Shown here piece by piece: positions 53,858 to 63,825 of a stretch of DNA of 64,000 nucleotides. The translations under genes were made by a program, and so were the position numbers. This DNA comes from Alphaproteobacteria bacterium. GTDB taxonomy: Bacteria; Pseudomonadota; Alphaproteobacteria; Paracaedibacterales; CAITNM01. The DNA lies in NCBI GenBank assembly GCA_947487955.1, contig CANKYV010000001.1, positions 43,644 to 107,643 of the forward strand, in the 5' to 3' direction. The stretch's first letter is position 1; each line of letters begins with the position of its first letter. Below the pieces are notes generated by a model. The model made no database searches. It worked only from the letters and a program-made list of their open reading frames with translations, and was not told the origin of the DNA.

Positions 53858-54226
53858 TTACCCTCCCCCTTGCGACATACTCAAAATTGTTTTGACCAAT
53901 TGATGAAAATTCTTAACTGTACTTAAAATAGCATCATGCTCAAGAACTGTTCGTGACATTTCTAGAGTTTCCATTTCGCGAGAAATTTCTGTTTTCGTTT
54001 TCACAACATCACCTTTGCCAATTTTTATTAATTTGACTGGAGGAGTATCTTTACTAGGCATAGCGCCATGTCGTTTTAAAACTTGACGGAAATGGCGCAT
54101 TTCTTTACGGGTAGCCCCCCTAACATCAGCCAATGCAATATTTTCTGCCATAAGGTTAGATCTAGCGCCTAACCAAGTAAGCCGATGATTAAGCAGCAAT
54201 GAAATCTTATCATTAAAAAGATTCAT
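53858..54226 (-). CDS. flgB: flagellar basal-body rod protein FlgB
   Basis: 122 aa with the motif RSNLMAENIALADVRG (rod-protein N-terminal motif) and ending in GGG. It lies directly upstream of flgC. Confidence 0.7.
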   Translation of the reverse strand: MNLFNDKISLLLNHRLTWLGARSNLMAENIALADVRGATRKEMRHFRQVLKRHGAMPSKDTPPVKLIKIGKGDVVKTKTEISREMETLEMSRTVLEHDAILSTVKNFHQLVKTILSMSQGGG

Positions 54227-54305
54227 AAAAAAAAATCTTGCATTTCCACTAGGTATAATAAAAAAAATTGTTTAACATTTAATTAAATTTGTAAGTGGAT
54301 TAGAT

Positions 54306-54551
54306 ATGCTAAGTCTCAGTCGTAAAATTGGCGAATCCATCATCATTAATGATGATATTATTTGCACGGTTTTAGATATTAATGGACGCATCGTGAAACT
54401 CGGATTTGAATATCCTCGGACTGCGTCAGTTTTACGTCAAGAACTGTATGAGCGCATTAAGAATGAAAATAAGGAAGCAAGTGATAACGTAGAAGCAGTT
54501 GAGGAAGCAATTACACTTCCTCAGAAAGTTCGTGTTGGGGAAAAAATCTAA
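54306..54551 (+). CDS. csrA: carbon storage regulator CsrA
   Basis: MLSLSRKIGESIIINDDIICTVLDINGRIVKLGFEYPRTASVLRQELYERI follows the CsrA consensus (MLxLxRKxGE...). It has a 25-aa acidic C-terminal tail. Confidence 0.85.
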   Translation: MLSLSRKIGESIIINDDIICTVLDINGRIVKLGFEYPRTASVLRQELYERIKNENKEASDNVEAVEEAITLPQKVRVGEKI

Positions 54552-54572
54552 TAAGCTCACAACATACTGTGC

Positions 54573-55727
54573 CTAACTTATTTCTGCGTCTACCATCATA
54601 TTAATTAATTGTTCTACGGACACTTCCGGTTCCCAACCTAATGCATTTTTTGCTTTAGTAGAGTCTCCGATTAATAAATCAACTTCAGCAGGACGATAAA
54701 ATTTCGGGTTAATTTTTACAACAACTGCTCTTGTGTCTCTATTTAAAGCCCTTTCGTTTTCTGCACTTCCTTCCCAATCAATGAATATTCCAACTCTTTC
54801 AAATGCTTTTTCTACAAAATATCGCACTGTATTTGTTGTACCTGTCGCTATAACATATTCATCGGCAACATCTTGTTGAAGCATTAGATGCATTGCTTTC
54901 ACATAATCTCCAGCGAACCCCCAATCCCTTTTAGCATCAATATTTCCTAGCTCTAAGCATTCTTGTGTTCCTTCTTTTATTTTTACAACTGCCTGAGCAA
55001 TTTTTCGGCTGACAAACTCCTCTCCGCGCAATGGAGACTCATGATTAAATAAAATACCGCAACATGCAAATAAACCATACGACTCTCGGTAATTAACCGT
55101 CATACTATGCGCATACTGTTTTGCAGCACTATAAGGAGATCTAGGGTTAAAGGGAGTTAGTTCAGTTTGAGGGATTGCTTTTACTGCGCCAAAAAGCTCA
55201 GATGTGGACGCTTGGTAGAAGCGAATTGCCTTATTTGTTTGAAAAATAGCATTTAGTAAATTGCAAGGCCCAGCACCGTCAACATCAAGTGTAGCTGTTG
55301 GACTGTTAAAAGATTCTTTGACAAATGATTGCGCCGCAAGGTTGTAAATTTCATTTAAATTAGAATGTTTCCTAATAACATTAAGGCAAGAAATGGAATC
55401 TGTAATATCCATTACCTCAATAGACAGTCTTGGGTGCTCATAGCACCCTAATTCCTTTAATCGCCAAAAATAATAAGAAGCATCAGTAGAAGTCCTACGA
55501 TGTGTTCCTATCACCGTATATCCTAAATCAAGTAAGTGCTTTGCAAGATACGCTGCATCTTGCCCAGCAATCCCTGTAATTAATGCTTTTTTAGAAGTAA
55601 CGCTTTGCGATTCATCATCCTCTATGACAGAAAAAACAAGCATGTTCGCCATCACGCACACGAAACAAATGAATCGCACTATAAGATTTATTCTTCCAAA
55701 GAAAAAACTAAAAAATTTTATAATCAT
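54573..55727 (-). CDS. gmd: GDP-mannose 4,6-dehydratase
   Basis: Motifs KKALITGIAGQDAAYLAKHLL and SPYSAAKQYAHSMTVNYRESYGLFACCGILFNHESPLRGEEFVSRKI. The track ORF adds a 25-28-aa hydrophobic leader; alternative starts are at 55652 or 55643. Confidence 0.9.
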   Translation of the reverse strand: MIIKFFSFFFGRINLIVRFICFVCVMANMLVFSVIEDDESQSVTSKKALITGIAGQDAAYLAKHLLDLGYTVIGTHRRTSTDASYYFWRLKELGCYEHPRLSIEVMDITDSISCLNVIRKHSNLNEIYNLAAQSFVKESFNSPTATLDVDGAGPCNLLNAIFQTNKAIRFYQASTSELFGAVKAIPQTELTPFNPRSPYSAAKQYAHSMTVNYRESYGLFACCGILFNHESPLRGEEFVSRKIAQAVVKIKEGTQECLELGNIDAKRDWGFAGDYVKAMHLMLQQDVADEYVIATGTTNTVRYFVEKAFERVGIFIDWEGSAENERALNRDTRAVVVKINPKFYRPAEVDLLIGDSTKAKNALGWEPEVSVEQLINMMVDAEIS

Positions 55728-55873
55728 AATATGTCAAATTTAAAAAATACATCTTAAATATTTATAAAATAAAAACACTAATAAAAAGTAAATTAAAATA
55801 ATTATTTTAAATTATGTATATATCGCCAACATAGTGATTAAATTTTTATTTTTCAGCAATTATATAAAAAACA

Positions 55874-55946
55874 GACAAGTGAGAGCGCAGAAGCAGTTGA
55901 GGAAGCAATTACACCTCCTCAGAAAATTCGAGTTGGAGAAGGCTAA
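55874..55946 (+). pseudogene. remnant duplicate of the csrA 3' end
   Basis: 55889-55940 matches 54491-54542 with 4 mismatches in 52 nt by hand alignment. It would encode ...SESAEAVEEAITPPQKIRVGEG* versus ...SDNVEAVEEAITLPQKVRVGEKI*. No csrA body lies upstream. Confidence 0.65.
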
Positions 55947-55963
55947 TTCAAAATTACTGCTTT

Positions 55964-56320
55964 TTACCGTAAACAAAACACCGGCTCAAAAAAAGCAGGC
56001 CGATTTATTCGTGATTCGCGATACAAAAAATTCACAATTTTATTAATTTCAAGAGTTTCAAGAATGCCTAATATTTTCACCCTACTTCTTATTTCCTCTT
56101 TTTTCAAAATGCTTAATTCTTTACAGGAAAATGAATAACTAGAGCGCACCCCATTAATCACCGAAGAAAAGCCAAGAGTTTTGTCGGCACACTCATTCTT
56201 TACAGTAGCTCCATAAAATACAGGATTTGGATTAGGCATCCATAATTCATCATCTTGTATACACTCACTCATTAATTGATTAGTTATTAATGTCACAATA
56301 ATTAAAAATAAAAATTTCAC
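55964..56320 (-). CDS. secreted hypothetical protein
   Basis: 118 aa with a signal-like N-terminus (MKFLFLIIVTLITNQLMS) and several Cys. No family was recognised. Confidence 0.4.
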   Translation of the reverse strand: MKFLFLIIVTLITNQLMSECIQDDELWMPNPNPVFYGATVKNECADKTLGFSSVINGVRSSYSFSCKELSILKKEEIRSRVKILGILETLEINKIVNFLYRESRINRPAFFEPVFCLR

Positions 56321-56393
56321 TAAAAACCTCCTGAATGAATTTTTAATATCTATTGCTTACTAAAATGGAATATTAAGGACGTTTTTAAAAAAT

Positions 56394-56933
56394 TCAACTA
56401 ATTTTACCTGTGATTTTTTGTTGTAATAACATAATTCCATAAATTAATGCTTCTGCTGTTGGCGGACAGCCAGGAACATATACATCAACAGGAATGATAC
56501 GATCACATCCACGCGTTACGGAATAAGAATAATGATAATAGCCACCACCATTGGCACAACTACCCATTGAAATCACCCAACGTGGCTCTGGCATTTGATC
56601 ATAAACTCTACGCAACGCAGGAGCCATTTTATTTGTTAGTGTTCCAGCTACAATCATTACATCTGACTGCCTAGGGCTCGGCCGAAAAACAAGCCCAAAC
56701 CGGTCCAGATCATAACGACTAGCAGCGCTGTGCATCATTTCAATAGCACAACAAGCCAGCCCAAAAGTCATTGGCCATAACGAACCACTTTGCGCCCACG
56801 CGGCAACTTGGTCGAGCTTAGTTAAAATGTAACCTTTATTTGAAAGTTCTTGATTCACTGATTGAAACAACTCTTGCTCATTCTGTAATGATTGCGGTAA
56901 ATACGCCTTTAAATCTTCAAGCTTTGTTATCAT
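56394..56933 (-). CDS. nuoB: NADH-quinone oxidoreductase subunit B
   Basis: Motifs [29 protein letters not shown] and [10 protein letters not shown] (Fe-S ligands). The ATG at 56933 lies one base after the nuoA stop. Confidence 0.9.
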   Translation of the reverse strand: MITKLEDLKAYLPQSLQNEQELFQSVNQELSNKGYILTKLDQVAAWAQSGSLWPMTFGLACCAIEMMHSAASRYDLDRFGLVFRPSPRQSDVMIVAGTLTNKMAPALRRVYDQMPEPRWVISMGSCANGGGYYHYSYSVTRGCDRIIPVDVYVPGCPPTAEALIYGIMLLQQKITGKIS

Positions 56934-56934
56934 A

Positions 56935-57303
56935 TTACCGCCAATCGAGCGCCCCTTTTTTCCATTCGTAGACAAAACCAATTGTTAAAATACCAAGGAA
57001 AGTCATCATTGACCAAAAACCAGGCCAACCTATGTATTCTAGCGATATTGCCCATGGAAATAAAAATGCTATTTCTAAATCAAAAATAATAAAAAGGATT
57101 GCCACTAGGTAAAATTGCACATCAAATTGCTGACGCGCATTTTGTAAAGGTGTATCAAACGAATCAAAGCCACATTCGTAAGGAGTATTTTTTTGAGGAT
57201 ACGCATTACGTTTTCCTCTTAGCCAAGAAAGCCCCAACAACAACGCAGCGAAACCAAACGCAACGATTAAAAAAATTAAAATAGAAAAATACTCACCAAG
57301 CAC
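56935..57303 (-). CDS. nuoA: NADH-quinone oxidoreductase subunit A
   Basis: Three TM helices and a PYECGF motif. The in-frame GTG at 57303 ([12 protein letters not shown]) gives a typical ~122-aa NuoA; the longer ATG ORF is probably over-extended. Confidence 0.8.
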   Translation of the reverse strand: MLGEYFSILIFLIVAFGFAALLLGLSWLRGKRNAYPQKNTPYECGFDSFDTPLQNARQQFDVQFYLVAILFIIFDLEIAFLFPWAISLEYIGWPGFWSMMTFLGILTIGFVYEWKKGALDWR

Positions 57304-57368
57304 TATGATGTAAGATTTGAATTCAATTAATATAATCTTACGTGAAATATGGCAGGATACCAAGATAT

Positions 57369-58112
57369 ATGAACTTATTTGTAGAAGTTCTCCTGCAAAA
57401 ATCTTCAGGAAGCTATAAGGATACATTCAATACTTTTAAAAATTTTGCTGAATTATCACGTAGATTTGAGCTTATTCTTCCTAGCTATCCTCATATTCCT
57501 TGTTTAGGCATCAATCCTTGGCAAGAAAAATATGCAGATATTTTTCATGCCCCAAGCATGATTCATATAAGGACTAGAGATTTCAGTTGCACAGAAAAAT
57601 TTGAAGCCTTCCTAGCACAATACACAAAGAAAATTGGAAAAAATATATACGGGCTTCTTATTTTTGGAGATTTATACGGAAATCCCGGTGATTTCGAAAT
57701 TAAACCCTGGGAAGCGATTGCAAGAGCAAAAGAATATTTTTCAAAAGTAGGTATTGTTGTTAATCCAACCCCTGTTCTTCGTAGTGCAAAAGAAGAATTA
57801 GAAAGTTTTGCTCTAAAACTTAAGGAAAATCCAGATTTTATTGTAACTCAATGCGTTTATGATATCGAAACTATGCAAATTTTTTTCAAAATCGCTGGGA
57901 TTAATCTCAATAAAATTTTCATGAATCTTGGTTATTGGAACAAAGAATCACCTTATTTTAAGCTAGGTATTGCCAATCCAAATAGACTAACTACGCCTCC
58001 TCAACAAATTGTAGATCTTGCGATGAATGAATGCCAAGGAATCTATGTTTGTGGCAACATTCCAAGAGTAGACATACTGCTAAAAAAACAAATAGAAAAT
58101 TCCCTTACGTAA
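57369..58112 (+). CDS. hypothetical protein, weakly methylenetetrahydrofolate-reductase-like
   Basis: The only support is a [21 protein letters not shown] block resembling the MetF xxxTQxxFD motif, plus TIM-barrel-like alternation. The match is weak. Confidence 0.3.
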   Translation: MNLFVEVLLQKSSGSYKDTFNTFKNFAELSRRFELILPSYPHIPCLGINPWQEKYADIFHAPSMIHIRTRDFSCTEKFEAFLAQYTKKIGKNIYGLLIFGDLYGNPGDFEIKPWEAIARAKEYFSKVGIVVNPTPVLRSAKEELESFALKLKENPDFIVTQCVYDIETMQIFFKIAGINLNKIFMNLGYWNKESPYFKLGIANPNRLTTPPQQIVDLAMNECQGIYVCGNIPRVDILLKKQIENSLT

Positions 58113-58193
58113 TTTGCTAGCATACTCACCATCATTTAGCTTTGCTGACAAAAGAGTTGCAGATTATACTGGACCCAAAGCAATAAACAAAAA

Positions 58194-59129
58194 ATGATGA
58201 CTAAAATTATTTTCATGGGCACACCAGAGTTTGCCCTTGCTCCTTTAAAAGCTCTCGTAGAGTCAGGGTATAAAGTGATAGCTGTTTACACGCAACCTCC
58301 TCGCCCGAAAGGAAGAGGACATGCTGAAACTAAATCACTAGTACATCAATTTGCTTTGGAAAAAAACATTCCGGTGTATACGCCTACAACATTAAAATCT
58401 TTAGAAGAACAAGAAAAATTTAGTCAACTAAATGCAGATTTAGCCGTTGTAGCTGCCTATGGGCTATTACTTCCTAAGCCAATTTTGGAAGCTCCAAGGC
58501 TTGGCTGCATTAATATCCATGCATCCTTATTACCACGTTGGAGGGGCGCTGCACCTATTCATCGCTCTATTGAAGCGGGTGATACAGAAACCGGCATTAC
58601 AATTATGCAGATGGATGAAGGATTAGATACAGGGCCAATTCTCTATACCAAAAAAATCTCTATCAAAGCTGATGATACCAGCCAAACGTTGCACGATAAA
58701 ATAGTATTTCTTGGAACGCAAACTTTAATTGAATGTTTGCCAGATATTTTGGGAAAAAAACTTCAGGCAATTCCTCAGCCAAATGAGGGAATTACTTACG
58801 CTCATAAGTTAAAAAAAGAAGAAAATACTTTAAGTTTTGATTGCGATGCTGAACTAGTTATACGAAAAATTCGAGCCCTAACACCATGGCCTGGCACTGC
58901 AACCATATTAGATGGCGAGCATGTGAAAATTCTTGATGCAGAAGTTCTAAATTATCCTCATCATCGCAAACCTGGCACCTGGTTTAGCACAAAGGATCAT
59001 TTGTTGTTAATTTCTTGCAAAATAGGATCAATACAGCCTAAAATGTTACAAAGACCCGGATCAAAACCCGTATCAAGCGGTGATTTTTTAAATGGTTACC
59101 GGGGAGTAGATATTATCTTTGAAAAATAG
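58194..59129 (+). CDS. fmt: methionyl-tRNA formyltransferase
   Basis: 311 aa with IIFMGTPEFA and HASLLPRWRGAAPI motifs. Confidence 0.92.
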   Translation: MMTKIIFMGTPEFALAPLKALVESGYKVIAVYTQPPRPKGRGHAETKSLVHQFALEKNIPVYTPTTLKSLEEQEKFSQLNADLAVVAAYGLLLPKPILEAPRLGCINIHASLLPRWRGAAPIHRSIEAGDTETGITIMQMDEGLDTGPILYTKKISIKADDTSQTLHDKIVFLGTQTLIECLPDILGKKLQAIPQPNEGITYAHKLKKEENTLSFDCDAELVIRKIRALTPWPGTATILDGEHVKILDAEVLNYPHHRKPGTWFSTKDHLLLISCKIGSIQPKMLQRPGSKPVSSGDFLNGYRGVDIIFEK

Positions 59130-59143
59130 ATTAAGGAATTTTT

Positions 59144-60796
59144 GTGTTAAAGACTCCCAAAGGGAATAATTTTTGGTTTTTGCCACTTGGCGGAGCCGGT
59201 GAAATTGGTATGAATCTCAACCTTTTTGGCCACAATAAGGAATGGATTATTGTTGATTGCGGTATTACTTTTGGTGACCGCTTAGGTATTGATATTATCA
59301 TGCCAGATCCATCAGCAATACTGGAACATGCTGAGGATATTAAAGCATTGGTACTAACACATGCTCATGAAGACCATATTGGTGCGGTGCCATACCTTTG
59401 GCCATATTTGAAATGCCCTGTTTATGCTACGCCATTTACGGCACAGGTATTGCGCCAAAAATTAGAGGAAAAATCTTGGGGAAAGCAAGTCAAAATCATT
59501 GAGGTACCGCTTTCTGGCAGAGTACAAATTGGTTCATTTGATATTGAATACATCACCTTAACTCACTCAATTCCTGAGCCAAATGCTTTGGCAATTCGCA
59601 CGAAACTTGGTTGTGTGCTACACACAGGAGATTGGAAAATTGACCCTCAGCCACTTTTAGGTGAAACGACTGATAAAAATCGCTTAAAAGAAATTGGCAA
59701 GGAAGGAGTTTTAGCGCTTATTTGTGACTCCACCAATGTATTTGACAAAGGCTCAACCGGATCAGAAGGTGAAGTACGAGACGAATTAGAAAAAGTCATT
59801 GCGCAAATTCCAAACGGTCGCATTGTTGCTTGCTGTTTTTCATCAAACGTGGCGCGTGTTGAATCTATTGCATATGCAGCACAAAAAAATGGAAGAAAAG
59901 TTGCGTTGCTTGGCAGATCGCTCGAAAAGATGATTCGTGCTGCAACCCTTTCAGGGTATTTGAAAGGATTACCAGGATTTATCACAGCAGATCAGGCAAT
60001 GGATATGCCAAGAGATAAAGTACTGTTTATAAGCACAGGCTCTCAAGGAGAAGCACGTTCAGCGCTAGCGCGAGTTGCTCAACGTGATCATCAGATCGTT
60101 TCATTGGATGAAAATGATACTGTTATATTTTCTTCGCGAGTAATTCCAGGCAACGAACGCGCTATTGCAAACATGCAAAATCGTTTGGTTCATCAAAGCG
60201 TGCGAATCATTACTGCGCATGAAGAGGATGTGCATGTATCAGGCCATCCTGCGCAAGAAGATTTAAAAGCGATGTATAGTTGGGTAAAACCAAAATCATT
60301 AATTCCTGTGCATGGCGAAGCGCGACATATGCAAGCACAGGCTGAACTAGGAATAGCAAATGGCATTGAGCAAACGCTAGTACCTTCTAATGGTACCCTT
60401 ATTGAGTTAGCGGGTAATGCCCCAGAAATCATTGATAGAGTAGAATCTGGACGCTGGGGAATTGATGGAAAATGCTTAGTTTCTATGCAAAGCCCAATTC
60501 TTAAAGAACGTCAGAAAATTTCTATTCAAGGCATTATCTTTTTAAGCATTCCTGTTGATGATGTTTATCAAATGCAGGGCACACCAACAGTGAGTTCTCA
60601 TGGTCTTGTAGAGCCAGGTGAAGAGGCTCAAGATTTGCAAGAAGATATGCAAAATATTGTTCGTCGCACCATGCGCCAAGGCCTCAGCAAAGAACAAAAC
60701 TACGTTGAAGCGTTGCAGCGTGCTATCAGGCAAGAATGCAATCAACGGTTTGGCAAAAAGCCAGTCATTGATGTGCATTTTGTGAAAGCCGTTTGA
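59144..60796 (+). CDS. rnj: ribonuclease J (metallo-beta-lactamase/beta-CASP RNase)
   Basis: 550 aa with THAHEDHIGA (HxHxDH), beta-CASP-like spacing and a GTG start. Confidence 0.85.
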   Translation: MLKTPKGNNFWFLPLGGAGEIGMNLNLFGHNKEWIIVDCGITFGDRLGIDIIMPDPSAILEHAEDIKALVLTHAHEDHIGAVPYLWPYLKCPVYATPFTAQVLRQKLEEKSWGKQVKIIEVPLSGRVQIGSFDIEYITLTHSIPEPNALAIRTKLGCVLHTGDWKIDPQPLLGETTDKNRLKEIGKEGVLALICDSTNVFDKGSTGSEGEVRDELEKVIAQIPNGRIVACCFSSNVARVESIAYAAQKNGRKVALLGRSLEKMIRAATLSGYLKGLPGFITADQAMDMPRDKVLFISTGSQGEARSALARVAQRDHQIVSLDENDTVIFSSRVIPGNERAIANMQNRLVHQSVRIITAHEEDVHVSGHPAQEDLKAMYSWVKPKSLIPVHGEARHMQAQAELGIANGIEQTLVPSNGTLIELAGNAPEIIDRVESGRWGIDGKCLVSMQSPILKERQKISIQGIIFLSIPVDDVYQMQGTPTVSSHGLVEPGEEAQDLQEDMQNIVRRTMRQGLSKEQNYVEALQRAIRQECNQRFGKKPVIDVHFVKAV

Positions 60797-60808
60797 TCTT
60801 TTAGCAAT

Positions 60809-60845
60809 AAAAGCTAGCCCTATTCATAATAGAGCTAGCTTTTTC
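60809..60845. terminator. bidirectional terminator hairpin between convergent genes
   Basis: AAAAGCTAGCcctattcataatagaGCTAGCTTTTT: a 10-bp stem with an A-tract and a T-tract on either side. Confidence 0.55.
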
Positions 60846-60852
60846 TCACCTT

Positions 60853-61233
60853 CTAATTTGCTATTTGTGTTACACCACAAATCACTGTTCCATCATTCTT
60901 AGGCACAAAAACCACCCTAGCAGCATTACCACTACTAAAGATGCATTCATTAGTTGTTAATGGAACGATACCTGGCCCAGTAACAGTAGTTCCTTGGATA
61001 GAAAAAGTTGCTCCCCTAAAATTTTGCTGATCCAAAGCTACTGTAGCTTCGCCACCAGGATTAACAATACGTGAAATAATTATTGGACTAGCAGTCGTTT
61101 TGTTTTCTTTGGCTCGTACAACAACACTTATTGGAACCATAGTCTCATTTTTTATCTTTACTCCTCTATCTCCAGCACATGAAGTGCAAAGAATTGTAGT
61201 AATAAACAGCCCTAATATTTTTCCGGTGCTCAT
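60853..61233 (-). CDS. small secreted protein or possible lipoprotein, paralogue of 39801-40220
   Basis: 126 aa with a signal-like N-terminus (ILGLFITTILCTSCAG). The conserved block FSIQGTTVTGPGIVPLTTNECIF...VVFVPKNDGTVICGVTQI is shared with the 139-aa ORF. Confidence 0.5.
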   Translation of the reverse strand: MSTGKILGLFITTILCTSCAGDRGVKIKNETMVPISVVVRAKENKTTASPIIISRIVNPGGEATVALDQQNFRGATFSIQGTTVTGPGIVPLTTNECIFSSGNAARVVFVPKNDGTVICGVTQIAN

Positions 61234-61309
61234 AGAAAACCCCTTAGCTAAATAAACTCACAAGCCATAAGTGGACTTCTTAAAAGAAGATTCCTACGTT
61301 AAAAAAATA

Positions 61310-61925
61310 AGCCAATAACTCCCACTAGAAGTGGGAGTTTGTGTATGAACCGCTCAAAGCGGATTGATGTTACCTTTTTACCTGTCAAACAGGTTTAGTT
61401 GGTCTGTTCGTTTATCGTCTGACTCTTGATTTTGGATGTAGTTTCTGATGACTTTCTCATCTGCACCCACTGTACTGACAAAATATCCCCTAGCCCAAAA
61501 TTTTTGACCCACAAAATTCTTTTGTCGATTATTTATAGTTTGTGCCACCCATATCGAACTCTTCCCCTTTAAAAACCCCACTATATGTGAAACTGAATGT
61601 TTGGGCGGAATTGATATGAGCATGTGCACATGATCAACCATCAAATATCCTTCTTCTATCATGCATTCCTTTTGCTTTGCCAATCGGTGGAATACATCTT
61701 TCAGATCTCTTCTGATCACACCAAAAATAGCTTTCTTTCTGTATTTTGGTGTAAAAACTACGTGATATTTACATTCCCACGAACTATGATTTAAATGGTT
61801 TGTGTTTGACATTTTCTAATTCCCTTCTTCTTTGCGCCTTGAGCAGCACATTGAATCTAGGAAATCTTTAGTTTATGTCAAACACTTTGATTCCTCCGCA
61901 AAATGCGGAGGTTTAGCAACTGGGA
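61310..61925 (-). mobile_element. IS200/IS605-family insertion sequence (tnpA only); ends approximate
   Basis: A Y1 (HUH) transposase gene is flanked by subterminal hairpins: ACTCCCACtagaaGTGGGAGT (61318-61338), CCGCtcaaaGCGG (61350-61362) and CCTCCGCAaaaTGCGGAGG (61893-61911). Confidence 0.6.
61378..61812 (-). CDS. tnpA: IS200/IS605-family transposase TnpA (Y1/HUH)
   Basis: 144 aa with motifs CKYHVVFTPKYRKK, DHVHMLISIPPK (HUH) and ARGYFVSTVG (catalytic Tyr region). Confidence 0.9.
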   Translation of the reverse strand: MSNTNHLNHSSWECKYHVVFTPKYRKKAIFGVIRRDLKDVFHRLAKQKECMIEEGYLMVDHVHMLISIPPKHSVSHIVGFLKGKSSIWVAQTINNRQKNFVGQKFWARGYFVSTVGADEKVIRNYIQNQESDDKRTDQLNLFDR

Positions 61926-61992
61926 TAATTATTCACCAAAGTAAGAATTTGATCCAGTAAACTGCGATAAAAAATAGCATTTACTTCTTTAA

Positions 61993-62592
61993 TTAATTCA
62001 TCACTTCAAAATCTGCTTTAAAGCTTTCTTTCAAAGGTAAAGGTAAATTAGATTTAAACGAATAATAAGGATGATTGATTGTAAGATATGCATCTTCACT
62101 CAAAAAGGCCCCGATATTATCTGCTGGCACTAACCATTTCAAAAAGTGCACCGCTGATGTTTTGTGGTCTTCTACGCGGTTTCTCTCATCATAGGGATCA
62201 ATGCCAACGGCTGGAATTGTGGCGTTTTGCAACTCAAACATAATGTGCTGATCAATGCCAAATAATTGATTTAACACCACTTTACGACGTGCTGGATCAT
62301 TGATCTCAATCATCATTGTTGCAGATATTTCATAAGATTTTTCACGCTTTACTGGGATCAACGGATTATAAGCAGAGAGCTCATCAGTGATTTGCTCATC
62401 ACCTCCGTTTTCAATGCGCAGCATTTCTTGAATCTGCCACCAAATTGTTTGGATGTTTTCAAAATAAAAAGTAATGTCTGGCCCAACCGTAACTCGGCGA
62501 TCTTCTTTTAACTGTAAAATTTCCTTTTGTTTTGAAGAGCGAATTTTTTCAAACTCTTGCACAGATAAAATATCAGCACGTGTTAGCATCAC
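61993..62592 (-). CDS. DUF3501-like protein
   Basis: 199 aa. The motif RRVTVGPDITFYFENIQTIWWQIQEMLRIE resembles DUF3501-family proteins; this is from memory and not searched. Confidence 0.45.
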   Translation of the reverse strand: MMLTRADILSVQEFEKIRSSKQKEILQLKEDRRVTVGPDITFYFENIQTIWWQIQEMLRIENGGDEQITDELSAYNPLIPVKREKSYEISATMMIEINDPARRKVVLNQLFGIDQHIMFELQNATIPAVGIDPYDERNRVEDHKTSAVHFLKWLVPADNIGAFLSEDAYLTINHPYYSFKSNLPLPLKESFKADFEVMN

Positions 62593-62606
62593 TAAAAATC
62601 CTAATT

Positions 62607-63689
62607 TTAATTTTCGATCATCACACTAGCAAATTTTGGCGCAGGAATCTTGCGTTCTTTCATCTGTGCAAAAAATCGCTTACGAAACTCTTGTCCAAAA
62701 AGATCATAAGGATCAGGTTTTATACGCATCGCTCCCTTAAAATAGATAGCTGTTTCAGTAATAGAAGAAATTCCCGTAAGCTCAATATCACTAATAATCT
62801 CATTTTTCCATTCAGTACTAGCTCTTAGATCATTAAAGACATCGATATAGATTTCTTCAACTTGTTGAATGTTAGCTTCATGACTCACGGGCACAATAAT
62901 GGTACATACGGAATAATCACGAGATAAATTAATAAGGCTACTAATTTCAGAAAACGAAATTATCTGCATAGTGCCGTTACCATGACGAAACTCAATGGAT
63001 CTAAGAGACATCCCTTCAATCGTTCCTATGCTACCATTAACTTGAACTGTTTCCCCTACAGATACAATTCCTTCGAATAAAGTTAGAATTCCCGAGATAA
63101 TATCTTTTACTAGAGTTTGCGCACCTATGGAGATTGCTAAACCTAAAACGCCAAAGCTATAGATAATCGGCATAATATCTACGCCTATTTCAGCAAGCAC
63201 AATTAGTAAAGTTATGCAGATTAAAACCCAATGAAGGATTGAATTTAATATAGGGCCAGCCGTTTTTGCTAAAGCTTGCGCATGAGCTTGCCTTTGTGGC
63301 GTATAACTACCCTTTATAATTGAACCAACAAACCGACTAGTAAAACGGTTGATTATTTTCCACATCACAGCAAATATCAGGAAAATTACACCAAGACGAC
63401 TAAGCAATAAGCCTATGCTTACAATACTTTCTACCTTCCATAAATTTTGCAGATCTTTAATTTTGTAGTTACTTACAAATTTTTGAGCAACTACGTCATC
63501 AATGTCAGCATCTGTTATTAATTTTTGCCCACTTTTTGTTTTTAGATAGTCGGGGTTGGGAGTAGTAAGTGGAGACTTATTATGAGTAACATTATTTTTT
63601 TGGTAAGAAGCACTTCCCACAACAGGATTACTAATATTTTGAGAGGCGTATAGACAGCCTAATCCAATACAAAGTACAAATTTCCACAT
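62607..63689 (-). CDS. mechanosensitive ion channel (MscS family)
   Basis: 360 aa with a signal/TM N-terminus and three TM helices. The MscS beta-domain pattern is VGETVQVNGSIGTIEGMSLRSIEFRHGNGTMQIISFSEIS. Confidence 0.8.
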   Translation of the reverse strand: MWKFVLCIGLGCLYASQNISNPVVGSASYQKNNVTHNKSPLTTPNPDYLKTKSGQKLITDADIDDVVAQKFVSNYKIKDLQNLWKVESIVSIGLLLSRLGVIFLIFAVMWKIINRFTSRFVGSIIKGSYTPQRQAHAQALAKTAGPILNSILHWVLICITLLIVLAEIGVDIMPIIYSFGVLGLAISIGAQTLVKDIISGILTLFEGIVSVGETVQVNGSIGTIEGMSLRSIEFRHGNGTMQIISFSEISSLINLSRDYSVCTIIVPVSHEANIQQVEEIYIDVFNDLRASTEWKNEIISDIELTGISSITETAIYFKGAMRIKPDPYDLFGQEFRKRFFAQMKERKIPAPKFASVMIEN

Positions 63690-63825
63690 CGCTTATTAAA
63701 CAAAAAACGAAGAACTGGGTAATTGTAACTGATATTCAAGAGTTTACCAATGCTGCTTCAAGAAATCTCTATTTTAGAGCAAAGCTCTTGCATAACGCAG
63801 CTATCTCTTTTTTTCAAGATTTTTC

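Noticed and set aside
55834-56046. 70-aa plus-strand ORF between gmd and the 118-aa gene.
   Set aside because: It is in a different frame from the csrA-tail homology that explains this DNA, and it is lysine-rich and low-complexity in AT-rich sequence.
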